Shown here in pieces: positions 48,658-60,690 of a stretch of 64,000 nucleotides of DNA. The notes under the pieces were generated by a model. It was given only the letters and a program-made list of their open reading frames with translations. It had not been told where the DNA came from and searched no databases. This DNA comes from Heptranchias perlo (Eukaryota). Both the position numbers and the translations under genes were made by a program. The stretch's first letter is position 1, and every line of letters begins with the position of its first letter. The stretch lies in assembly GCF_035084215.1 (NCBI RefSeq), contig NC_090336.1:20708001-20772000 (forward strand). Reading direction: 5' to 3'.

Positions 48658-49354
48658 TGTTACAGATTCGGACATGACAACAAACGGTAATCAAAGTCTC
48701 ATTTATCAATAGTTAAATCAAACATGTAAAAGTATGAAATATTAGACAAATATCAAAATAATATTACCCCGTTTGATCTGTGGACAGAGTTCATAATTAA
48801 GTTGGCGACGTGGTCATTTCAAGTTTTCCGACTGAGGTCTTATGATAGTCAGACGCTCTTCTGACGTGTCATCTTCATGACAGCTAGGTTTACTTCTGTC
48901 AGCTGGGTGGACTTTGCCGATTCCTCTGCCAAAAGCTCAAAAGACATTGGGCTTTTATGTCCTCCTGGCAGGAACCTCACACAATGTTCATAAGACCCTT
49001 AGATTAACAGAGTTGTTTTTCAAAGAGTTAAAGATGATCAGCTTGTTTTAACATTACTCATCTATCCACAAGATCCGTTGCAAGATTATTTTTCAAGGTG
49101 GCAGTTTATTTGATGCACTCGTCTAGCTATCTCGTCATTGTCCTGGTCTAATCACTATCTTTGCATTATTGTTCTGCTTTTTGGGTCATTGTTCCTCTTT
49201 TTTTAACCTTAGTGAGGGTAATAAGGGACAGCTGTAGTCAAAGGTTAACAGTTTACAACTCAGCAAAATATGCTGCACACTCAGAGAAATATGCCGCACA
49301 GTGTGATGTTAGTAGCATTAAGAAAATTATGTCAATTTGTCCAATATTCTTACA
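48658..49354 (-). mobile_element. Probable solo LTR (~700 bp)
   Basis: Unique block bounded by TGT...ACA inside a C-rich tract; imperfect 5-bp flanks cccat/ccgac; TATA-like cataaaa on the minus strand. Confidence 0.45.
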
Positions 49355-50214
49355 CCGACCCTTTACTACTCACTCCTACATCAAGTACCCTTTATCCCCT
49401 AAATCCTCACTACCTTTCTTTTGAACTACTCACTAACCACCCAAAACTGCCCAGTTGCCTGGCCCTCTTTACTATTTCTACAATCTTAAAAACCCAGCAC
49501 TTCTCTTCCAAACAACCTATCTGCTCATTTACCAGCAGCAATGGCAAGAAAGATATGTTTCCTTATAAAATGTTGCGTCTTCCAACTCCTCAGGAGCAAT
49601 GCCATGAGAAATCAGCTAATAATATTATAAAAACTTTGTATATGTGCAATTCCTGCCAGACATGCTTTGGATGTCTGTCTCAGATGTTTATCACGCTTGA
49701 AATTTAACACTGTGTAATGCAAATCTCTGAATCCCCCCCACCTCATCCAATTTTGTCCCGCATCCATTTAAATTTCTTTCACCTGATTGGCTGACGTGCA
49801 AATTTATTAAATATGATTTCAATCTAGTAATTGTAATTTTAATTATAGGCAAATTTCTTTAAAAGGAGGATTTGAACCAATCCAATTGCTTTTTGAAAAA
49901 ACTTTCATCACCCATTTTTTTCCCTCAGCCAGCAGCATACAATCAAGGGCAGTGATTTACAGCTTTCACATAATAATGGACAGGATCGTGGAATTCATCC
50001 TGAAAATATCAGAATACCATGTAACAAAAACAAAATTTGACTTTCTCACTGTAAATCAGTGGGCCGATAATACATTAGCATTATATCACATAACATCTTC
50101 TTTCAGAGAGCTGGTACAGGCACGATGGGCTGAATGGCCTCTTGTGCTGCATGATTCTATGATCCCTATTGTTATAAAACAGTGTATCCGATCGCCATGG
50201 GACATCTACTCATA

Positions 50215-51630
50215 ATATAACAACTTGCATTTATATAGCGCCTTTAATGTAGTAAAACGTTCCAAGGTACTTCACAGGAGCGTTATGAAACAAAATTTGA
50301 CCGAGCCATATAGAGATATTAGAACAGGTGAGCAAAAGCTTGGTCAAAGAGGTAGGTTTTAAGGAGCGTCTTAAAGGAGGAGGGACAGGTAGAAAGGCGG
50401 AGAGGTTTAAGGAGGGATTTCCAGAGCGTACGGCCTAGGCAGCTGAAGGCACGGCCACCAATGCTGGAGCAATTAAAATTGGGGATGCGCAAGAGGCAAG
50501 AATTGGAGGAGCGCAGAGATCTCAGGGTTGAAGGGCTGGCGGAGGTTACAGAGATAGGGAGGGGCGAGGCCATGAAGGGATTTGAAAACAAGGATGAGAA
50601 TTTTAAAATCGAGGTGATGCCGGACTGGGAGCCAATGTAGGTCAGCGAGCACAGGGGTCATAGGTGAACGGGACTTGGTGCGAGTTGGGATACGGGCAGC
50701 AGAGTTTTGGATGAGCTCAAGTTTATGGAAGATGGGAGGCTGGCTAGGAGAGCATTGGAATCATCCAGTCTAGAGGTAACACAGGCATGGATAAGGGTTT
50801 CAGCAGCAGATGAGCTGAGGTAGGGACGGAAACGGGCGATGATATGGAGATGGAAGTTGGCGGCCTTGATGATGGAGAGGATATGTGGTCGGAAGCTCAG
50901 CTCAAAGTCATATAGGACAGCAAGGTTGCCAAAGCTCTGTTTTCTGCCTCAGACAGTGGCCAGGGAAAAGGATGAAGTCAGTGGCTCGGGAACAGAGTTT
51001 GTGGTGAGGACTGAAGACAATGGCTTCGGTCTTCCCAATATTTAGTTGGAGGAAATTTTTGCTCATCCAGTACTGGATGTCGGACAAGCAGTGTGACAAA
51101 TCGGAGATGTAAAGGGGTCAAGAGATGTGGTGTTGAGGTAGAGCTGGGTGTCATCAGTGTACACGTGGAACCTGACATTGTGTTTTCCAATGATGTCACC
51201 AAGGTGCAGCATGTAGGTGAGAAATAGGAGGGGCTAAGGATAGATCCTTGGAGGACTCCAGAGGTAATGGTGCGGGAGTGGGAAGAGAAGCCATTGCAGA
51301 TGATTCTCTGGCTACGACTGGATAGATAAGAACGGAACCAGGTGAGCGTAGTCCCACCCAGCTGGACGATGGAGAAGAGGCATTGGAGGTGGATGGTGTG
51401 GTCACCCATCTCAAAGCCTGCAGACAGGTCAAGAAGGATGAGGAGGGATAGTTTCCCACGGTCACAGTCACATAGGACATCATTTATGACTTTGATAAGT
51501 GCCATTTAAGTACTGTGGCAGAAGCGTAAACCTGATCAGAGGGATTCAAACATGGAGTTGCGGGAAAGGTGGGCACGGATTTGAGAGGCGATAACACGTT
51601 CAAGGACTTTGGAGAGGAAATGGAGGGTTA
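50215..51630 (-). mobile_element. Younger L2 LINE (RT and 3' end)
   Basis: [55 protein letters not shown]; tail at 50215. Confidence 0.92.
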
Positions 51631-51834
51631 GCATGCATTTCCTGTCTAACACACTTGTGCGAGACTACAAGTGTCACATTGAACCTTCTGTATCACACTT
51701 CAAAGAAAAAGATAAAGCAACTTTTTAAGATCACAAAATACTGGAGCCAGGGTGTTGAAGTAATTATTTAACATCATTGTAAGCCCACGCAGTGTTTACT
51801 TAACTGCAATTAGATTTTGTTGTTTTAACAAAAG

Positions 51835-52220
51835 AAAGAAATTATATTTATATAGTGCCTTACATGTCCTTGGAACATGCAAAAGTGCTTCACAGCCAAA
51901 GAAGTTCTTTTGAAGTACAGTCACTGCTGTAACGTAGGCAAATACGGAAGCCAAGTTATGCACAGCAAGGTCCCAAAAACAGCAAAGAGGTCAATAACCA
52001 GTTAATCTGTTTTGGCGCTGTTAGTTGAAGGATGAACGTCTGCCGGGACACCAGGCCTGCCCCATCTTCAAATAGTGCCATGGGGTCTTTTATATCCATC
52101 TGAAATGCAGTGCTCCCTCAGTACTGCACTGAAGTGTCAGCTCGGATTATGCGTTCAAATCCTGGAGTGGGGCTAGAACTTACAGTTTTCTGACTCAGAT
52201 TCGAGTGATACTAACTAACG
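51835..52220 (-). mobile_element. DeuSINE (SacSINE1-like)
   Basis: Reverse-complement Deu core and tRNA-like head. Confidence 0.7.
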
Positions 52221-53746
52221 CTTAAAGAGACATACACCGACACTTTACATGGCATAATGTTCCTGACTGTATAAAATTGCACATCCTCTTACTTATTGTA
52301 ACCAGAACCAGAGATGATTCACGAGCAATAAAAGCAGATTTGAGACTAATGTTGCTCTTCAGACACTTTGTCACATGTAAATTACTGTTCCACACTTAAA
52401 AACAGAGATAGAAATTTGTCATTTCCTTGTGGTTTACTCTGACAAGAATTTGGGATCTACAAGTAGCTGCCAAACTACAGAGAAACTTCCCCAGTAATTT
52501 ACTTTTAATTTCCCCCAGGATGTATCCATATGCAGCAGTTAGACCTTGTGGGGGCCTAAAGCGGACTTACCAGGTTATGCACAGCACCATATTAGCACAT
52601 TGTGCATTGCATGGTATAATACTCCTTTTCCTTATAAAACAACATATCTTCTGGCTTACCATGGGAGATTAGCTGTGGATGTTAAAAGATCCGCCTCTGG
52701 CTTCTGTATACCAAAAAGACAAGTTTAAATATTACTCGTTGAGCCTTCTCCAGTTTGCTATGAGGTTTGTTAGTTAAATGTGGTTTAATTTATATGAATT
52801 ATTCCTGACTTTTATGTCCCCCACTTCCCTTTTAAATCGCTTGTTTAAAATTACATTTGTCACCTTCCAATGAAAAATGGCGTTGTTCCGCAGCTGCTAG
52901 ATCTTGCCAAGTTCACCCATTTCAGAAGAGAAGGGAGGCAAACCAGAGCAACCTGTAATGCAGCAGCCTCGACAAGTTCCTACTGCATAATTGGATTGCC
53001 AGCATCTGAAAATAATGACTAATTTTCTGTAATTGTTAATTAATAAAAAAAAATGTTGCCAATGTCATACTGAACACAGTGAGATACTCCTGTGTGTGTG
53101 CGCGCACGTGGGAGGTGGAGGGAGCAACATACATTGCAAGCCTCTTGATGTGAATGGAGGCAAGACTACTGTTTGTTCAGGGCCCCTAGGATTCTACAAC
53201 ACCTCATAGCCAATTTCTGTGGCATGAAAATGTAGATTCTGTGGCAGTTCTGTTCAGGATTCCAGGGCTTCTCTGTCTCATAATATTTAAAATACTCCCA
53301 CAATATAATGTTTTTAAAATGCTGGCTCAAACTGGTGGTTTTGGTTTGAAAGAATTGGGTGCCTTGGTCTGTTTAAAAGCAGCTTTGCTTGATGGCTTGC
53401 TTTGTTTAAAGTGCCAGGATTCTGAACACTTCATGTCTTGGACGGTAAGGAAAGACTATGTATTGTAAGTGCAGTTTGAGCTGAATGTAACAGATGAGAT
53501 GTTTTGGGTATGGACCCTTCCTCAGAAATGCTAATCCCCATGTATTTCACACCTTGCACTCTGCAGCTACTGAACTGAACTCAGCTTCTGCAAAGCCATT
53601 TGAATAAGGGTGTATTTACATTTCACCTCTTTCACCTCACACTGGGCTATACTTGCATCATAAATGCAGCTTAAATCCAGAGGGAGTACTTGGCACCACT
53701 TTGCCCTTGAGTTAAGTCAGGCCTCAACTTCAGATTTACACTACAT

Positions 53747-53913
53747 GGGGGTGAATTTCTGCAGGGGGTTCTCCTCTCCGCCTGCTGTAACTTTGCTGGA
53801 AGAGCCACGGAAGCCTTGGAAAAACATCAATAACGCTGTTTGTCTGGGATTCCCACTGCTCATTTCTCCAATGTCATGACAGACAAGCGAGAACTCCTGC
53901 AAAATTCACCTCC
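53747..53913. mobile_element. Harbinger-like MITE
   Basis: Terminal inverted repeats gggggtgaatttctgcagg / cctgcaaaattcacctcc. Confidence 0.65.
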
Positions 53914-54560
53914 CACGTGTTAAGTCAGTGCAAAATAGAAACTACTTCGTGCTGATGCTAAACTTGTGTAAATGCATCTTGAGGAGCTGGGATTTAAGGG
54001 GTTAGATAATCCGCATGGGAATTAACGAGGTGCATTTCCATGGGTTGTTGACAATTGGTTTAGCCAATGCCATTCAAATTCAGAACATCAGGGATTATTT
54101 CCAATACAGTTACAATGGGGAAAACTGGGGAAGGAGAGCAAGGGAGGAAAAAAGAGAAATTCCATAACCAAGGCAAAATTGGAATCATGGTGCACCAGCA
54201 GCCTTATATATATTACAAGGCTGCTGGTGTGAGCTATTACAAGGCTGTTGTATGCTACAAACCTGATGTGAACTGAGCTGGGGCTATTGTATATTATACG
54301 CCTTCTGATTTTTTTTACATTGAAACAGGTGAGAACATTTTTCCTCCCCCAAATAACAGTAACTTCTCTTTGTGAACCTTGTACTTATGTAATCCCATCT
54401 TTCATTTCTAACTGCTGGGTGCTCTCCAGTGGAACCCTGATGTGATGTTAGGGGAAGGTATGGGCCAGCATAGCACTGGTCTGTTGGTGCAATTTGGTGC
54501 TGATCCAGGACAAGAGGCTAATAAGAATCTGTGGTTCAGAAGTTACTTTGTGTTTTGCAG

Positions 54561-54806
54561 CTTACTGCCACAGCGAGCTCCTTGGTATAAGCACTGATGA
54601 GAGTCGATTGAAGGCTCTGGACGATTATCTCGCTGCACGGAGTTATATCGGTGGCTTCACATTTTCACAAGCTGATGTGGAGATATTCCGCTCACTTCCA
54701 AAACCGCCTCTTGATCAGTACTTCCACGTGGTGCGGTGGTACAGGCACATTGCAGCAATTTGGGATTGCACCCAAGATGATGCCAAGACCTGTAAACTCC
54801 ACACAT
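54561..54806 (+). CDS. CARS1: CARS1 exon 2, GST-like (eEF1B-type) cassette exon
   Basis: ttttgcag|...|gtgagt; 246 nt, phase 1-1; LKALDDYLAARSYIGGFTFSQADVEIFRSLPKPPLDQYFHVVRWYRHIAA matches the alternatively spliced insert of vertebrate CARS1. Confidence 0.92.
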
Positions 54807-55029
54807 GTGAGTAGTGAGCATCCATGAAACCACAGACAGTACATGCATGCTGGGTTGTTGCCATCATTTTCTCAAGCATTGCATGTGAGTCCTTCTCAGA
54901 AATGGAATTTAAAAAAAAACTGCTCATTCTTTACCTTAAACCTCAGCGTCTTTATCATTTTCTTTAAAAAGGTAAAACAAGCGCCCGTTCTTTTTAACCC
55001 GGCAACTTCTTGTATCCATGTTTTTAAGT

Positions 55030-55655
55030 CGGTAGCACTCTCGTCACTGAGTCAAAAGGTTGTGGGTTCAAGCTGCACTCCAAAGCTTGAGCACATAATC
55101 TGGCTGACCTTCGTATGTTGTTCTGAAATAGTGCTGCATTGTTTGGCGGTGATCTCCTTCAGGTGAGGTCCTGTCTGCCTGTATCAGTGGTTCATGTGGA
55201 TGTTACACAGGAACAAGAGTAGGCCATTCAACCCCTCGTCTTTGTTCTGCCATTCAGTTAGATCACGGCTGATCTGTACCTTAACTCCATTACATATCCC
55301 TTGATACCGTTGCCCAATAACAAGCCATCAACCTCAGTCTTGAAAATTTCAATTGAACTTGCGTCCACGGCATTTTCGGGGAGCATGTTCCAAATGTCGA
55401 TCAAAAATCCCATGGAGCTATTCTAGCAAGAGCAGGGAGTTCTCCCAGTACCCTGGCCAACATTATTCCCTCAACCAACACCACAGAAAAACAGATTGAC
55501 TGGTCAGGAATCTCATTGTTGTGTGTGGGATTTTACTATGCATAAAATGATTGCTGCGTTTGACCCATAATGGCCACCACAATTCAATGTACTTCAGTGT
55601 ACGTCAAATGCTTTCAGATGTTTCTGTGAGATGTGGAATGCGCCGGATAACTCAG
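55030..55655 (+). mobile_element. DeuSINE with nested antisense CR1 tail (55205-55400)
   Basis: Head ggtagcactctc..gagtcaaaaggttgtgggttcaag; Deu core at 55430-55560. Confidence 0.75.
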
Positions 55656-55944
55656 TCTTTCAGTCAAATGAAATATTCAATTCCATTGCTTCACTTGTGA
55701 AAGGGAGACTGACTTTTTCAACCATCAAGTTGCAAAAATGTAAAGCTGAGTGAAAATGTGAAAATTTAAAGCATACTACCTACTATCTTCACATCTGCTA
55801 ACTTAACTATATCTCATCGCACCACATGCTATCTTCATTACATCACATCACATTATACTATAGCGCGTTACACCACCTATCTTCACAACATTGCAACAAC
55901 AAACACTGATGTATTTATATGTATGCATTCATACATTGTCCACA

Positions 55945-57825
55945 CAATTCATAGAATGGTTACAACACAAAGGAGGCCATTCAGCCCATTGAGTTTATGC
56001 CGGCTCTTTGTAAGAGAAATCCAGTTAGTCCCATTCTCCCACTCTTTCCCTGTAGCCCTACAAATTTTTTTCCCTTCAAGTATTTATCCAATTCCTTTTT
56101 GAAAGCCACGATTGAATCTGCTTCCACCACCCTTTCAAGCAGTGCATTCCAGATCATAACGACTCGCTGCGTAAAAAAGTTTTTCCTCATCGCCTTTGGT
56201 TCTTTTGCCGATCACCTTAAATCTGTGTTCTCTGGTTCTCGATCCTTCCACCAATGGGAACGGTTTCTCTTAATTTACCTTATCTAAAGCCTTCATGATT
56301 TTGAACACTTCTACCAAATCTCCTCTTAACCTTCTCTGCTCTAAGGGGAAAAATCCCAACTTCTCCAGTCTATTCACCTAACTTTTTTTATTTGTTCATG
56401 GGATGTGGGCGTCGCTGGTGAGGCTGGCAATTATTGCCCATTCCTAATTGCCCTTGAGAAGGTGGTGGTGAGCCGCCTTGAACCACTGCAGTCCGTGTGG
56501 TGAAGGTTCTCCCACAGTGCTGTTAGGAAGGGAGTTCCAGGATTTTGAAGTCCATCATCCCTGGAACCATTCTAGTAAATCTTTTCTGCACCCTTTCCAA
56601 GGCCTTCCATCCTTCCTAAAGTGTGGTGCCCAGAATTGAACACAATACTCCAGCTGTGGCCAAACCAGTGTTTTATAAAGGTTCACCGTAACTTCCTTCC
56701 TCTTGTACTCTATGCTTCTGTTTATAAAGCCCAGGATTCCGTATGCTTCTTTAACTGCTTTCTCAACCTGTTCTGCCACCTTCAAAGGTATGTACACATA
56801 TACCCCCAGGTCTCTCTGTTCCTGCACTCCCTTTAGAATTGTACCATTTAGTTTATACTGCCTCTCCTCATTCTTCCTGCCAAAATGTATCTCTTCGCAC
56901 TTCTCTGCGTTAAATTTCACCTGCCATGTGTCCGTCCATTCCACCAGCCTGTCTACGTCTTCTTGAAATCTATAACTATTCTCCTCACTGTTTACTACAC
57001 TTCCGAGTTTTGTGTAATCTGCACATTTTGAAATTGTGCCCTGTACATTCAAGTCATTAATATGTATCAAGAAAAGCAGTGGTCCTCGTACTGACCCCTG
57101 GGGAACACCACTACTGTTTCTCTCAAATCACCAGTTGAATGCTCAACTGTAAGCATTTAGGGAAGACTAGTATGCATATTGATTACAGTAAACAATAAAT
57201 CAATGGTACAATAGCATGTTAATTTTAAACAATGTAAGGAAAGTTGCTCCAGTAGCTCAGTGGATAATGCACTGCCTGAGCCACACAGACAAAAAAGATC
57301 CCACGCTCAATCCCTAGTAAATGCTGAATTAACTGATCTCAGATTTATTCCGTGGTGGGGATGTTGTAAGTAGCATCAGCAGTCCCAACTTTTTGGGAAC
57401 CCTAATCCTAACCCTAACCCGAACCCATCTCCAGTCCAAAAAACAACCGTTCACCACTACTCGCTGTTTCCTGTCATTTAGCCAATTTCATATCAACGTT
57501 GCCACTGCCCCTTTTATTCCATGGACTTCAGTTTTGCCGACAAGCCTATTATGTAGCACTTTATCAAATGCTTTTTGAAAGTTCATATATGCAACATCAA
57601 CCACATTGCCCTCATCAGCCCTCTCTGTTACCTCATCAAAAAATGCAATCAAGTTAATTAAACACGATTTGCCTACAACAAATCCATGCTGGCTTTCCTT
57701 TATTAATCCACACATGTCCAAGTGACTATTAGTTTTGACCCAGATTATCGATTCTAAAAGCTTCCCAACCACTGAGGTTAAACTGACTGGCAAATCCTTT
57801 TTTGAACAAGGGTGTAACCTTTACA
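55945..57825 (-). mobile_element. 5'-truncated CR1 with two nested insertions (56385-56547, 57114-57427)
   Basis: SQHGF..KSCL..YMNFQKAFDKV, QEQRDLGV and MRKNFFTQRVV ORFs; the first insert is the A-tailed 3' end of another LINE family. Confidence 0.92.
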
Positions 57826-57924
57826 GAAGTCTCTGAATAATATCTGCATCTTCTACCAACTATGCTTCATACTTTGAAGTGTTCTATTTAATGTGCTAAA
57901 TCCACTGATGACTGTGATTTTGCT

Positions 57925-58345
57925 TACTCTGCTATTTTCCCTGCTCTCTTGAAGGCACTGATTTGTGCAGCACAGTTCCATGGACATTAGCTAACCTCTG
58001 GTGCCCAACTTAAGTGCCCATTCCTCATGTAAGCCTGAACAGTGATTTTTTTTCAGGCAATCCAACTGTAGGTCCCTTCACAACTGACCCCCTTTTGTCT
58101 TCACCTGATGCCTTTGTATTCACCTTTTTTTATCGCAGAAATCACTGGATAATGATCAGAAGCAGGAACCGTGCCCATTGCTGCCCTGCCCCAAAAACTT
58201 GGGAATGCTGAGGCTATTTAAAATATCCCCACCACGGAGTAAGTCTGAGATCAGTTAATTCAGCACTTACCAGGGATTGAGCCTGGGACCTTTTTTGTCT
58301 GTGTGGCTCAGGCAGTGCATTATCCACTGAGCCGCTGGAATAACT
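57925..58345 (-). mobile_element. AmnSINE2-like SINE
   Basis: Near-complete minus-strand copy; its head is part of the donor of the 57114-57397 insertion. Confidence 0.65.
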
Positions 58346-58839
58346 TTCTTTACAGTGTTTAAAATTGACACGCTATTGTACCATTGATTTATTGTTTACT
58401 GTAATCAATATGCATGATCCTAGTCTTCCCTAAATGCTTACAGTTGAGCATTGAACTGGTCATATGTAAGAAACACTTGATACAGTAATTGATACCCAAA
58501 TTTTAGTGTATGAAAAGGATTGATGAATGGATTAGCGTCAGTGTGATAATAAACAGATGTCCCTGTATACCTGGCTACTAAACCACTTCTGTTGACCACC
58601 ACACCTTGGTTCACATGATAGCTTGTCAGTTGATTAAAAATGACTCTATTTATTTTATAAATTCTCCCAGAAGAGCAGCTTGTTAGTAGTGTTGGGCTGC
58701 TACACGTTTATGTTTTGCTGATTGCGCAGCTCTGTGGTACACTGTCGGACTAGTCTCCTGCAAGCAATTAAATAGACCCTGATGCAGCTAACAACGATGA
58801 TTGTACGGGACCTGTGACTGTTCCTGGTTTTTTTTTCAG

Positions 58840-58931
58840 CCAAAGTGAAGAGAATCCAACCACCGTGGTCCCCGCCATCAGAAATGAAACAACCCGAACT
58901 ACGACTGTACAATAGCCTGACACGTAGCAAG
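58840..58931 (+). CDS. CARS1: CARS1 exon 3
   Basis: tttttcag|...|gtcagt; KVKRIQPPWSPPSEMKQPELRLYNSLTRSK (human RRVQPQWSPP...LYNSLTRNK). Confidence 0.95.
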
Positions 58932-59519
58932 GTCAGTGTTGATAATGGGAAAGGGCTATACCACAGTCTGAGACAGAATAAATCCAATCCTGATGATTGA
59001 GAAGGGCTGTACAACAGCCTCACATGTGGTAAAGACACACAGTAACGTTATCTCATTCATGTTGATTTTTGTCCCCTGCAATAAAGTAGTTCTTGTGCTA
59101 CGCCATCGATTAACTTCTTCATCCACCCCAAGGAGACGTTTGGCTGCTGTCTTGAAACCTGCTATAGATATTTGAATTAAGCAGTCTGCACTGTGTCCAG
59201 TAGATTCTCTCATCAAGCTGTGAGATGGAGAACCAGTTGAGAAAATTACCAGTCTATTTGAGAGAAATATTGAGCTTATTTATATTAAAGAGGAAAAATC
59301 TTCAGGGCTTTGGGGAAAGAGCAGTGGAGTAAGACGAATTGGATAGCTGTTTCAAAGAGCTGGCCCGGGCACAATGGGCTGAATGGCCTCCTCCTGTGCT
59401 ATATGATTGCATGACTGCATGCAAACTGCAATTATTATATTTTAGAAGGTGGGTACAGTAGCCTATTGATAGAACTGTAATAGCAAACCAGAGGTTGTGA
59501 GTTGCCCATCATGAAAAGT

Positions 59520-60690
59520 TTGTCACCCAGAGGGTGGTGGGGGTCTGGAACTCACTGCCTAAAAGGGTGGTAGAGGCAGAAAACCTCATCACATTTAAAA
59601 AGTACTTGGATATGCACTTGAAGTATCATAACCTACAAGGCTACGGACCAATTGCTGGAAAGTGGGATTAGACTGGGTGGTTCATTTTTGGCCGCTATGG
59701 ACACGATGGGCCGAAGGTCCTCCTTCTGTGACATAAATTTTCTAATGATTCTAACGTGTCCAAATTTGCTGATGATACAAAGCTAGGTGGGAAAGTAAAC
59801 TGTGAGGAGGATGCAAAGAGTTTGCAAAGGGATATAGACAGGTTAAGTGAGTGGGCAAGAAGGTGGCAGATGGAGTATAATGTGGGGAAATGTGAGGTTA
59901 TTCACTTTGGTAAGAAAAGCAGAATATATTTTAAATGGTGAGAAACTATTAAATATTGGTATTCAGCTGGATTTGGATTCTTTGTGCAAGGAATACAAAA
60001 AGTTAGCATGCAGGTACAGCAAGCAATTAGGAAGGCAAATGGCAAGTTGGCCTTTATTGCAAGGGGGTTGGAATACAAGAATAAGGAAGTCTTACTACAA
60101 TTGTACACTGCTTTGGTGAGACCTCACCTGGATTACTATGTACAGTTTTGGTCTCCTCATCTAAGGAAGGATATACTTGCCTTGGAGGCGGTGCAACGAA
60201 GGTTCACTAGATTGATTCCTGGGATGAGAGGGTTGTCCTATGAGGAGAGATTGAGTAGAATGGGCCTATACTGTCCTGAGTTTAGAAGAATGAGAGGTGA
60301 TCTCATTGAAATATATAAAATTCTGAGGAGGCTTGACAGGGTAGATGCTGAGAGGTTGATTCCCCTGGCTGGAGAGTCTAGAACTAGGGGGCATAGTCGC
60401 AGGATATGGGGTCGGCCATTTAAGACTGAGATGAGGTGGAATTTCTTCACTCAGAGGGTTGTGAATCTTAGCATCCACAGCCCTCTGGGGTAGAGAATTC
60501 CTGAGTCGTTGAGTATATTCAAGGCTGAGATCGATAGATTTTTGGACTCTAGGGGAATCAAGGGATATGAGGATTGGGCAGGAAAGTGAAGTTGAGGTCG
60601 AAGATCAGTCATGATCTTAATGAACAGCGGAGCAGGCTCAAGGAGGTGCATGGCCTACTCCTGCTCCTATTTCTTCTGTTCTTATTTTCT
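59520..60690 (+). mobile_element. Two tandem CR1 3' fragments
   Basis: Tail ending 59755, then SKFADDTKLGG...RPHL..RRMRGDLIE to the ttcttctgttcttat tail. Confidence 0.9.

Noticed and set aside
54494-54814. EEF1B2 retrocopy
   Set aside because: Bounded by proper splice sites in phase with CARS1 exons 1 and 3; corresponds to the known CARS1 insert.
58905-59034. ITAM-like YxxL repeats (EGLYNSL)
   Set aside because: YxxL spacing of 13 residues is too long, there is an in-frame stop, and the motif derives from CARS1 LYNSL.
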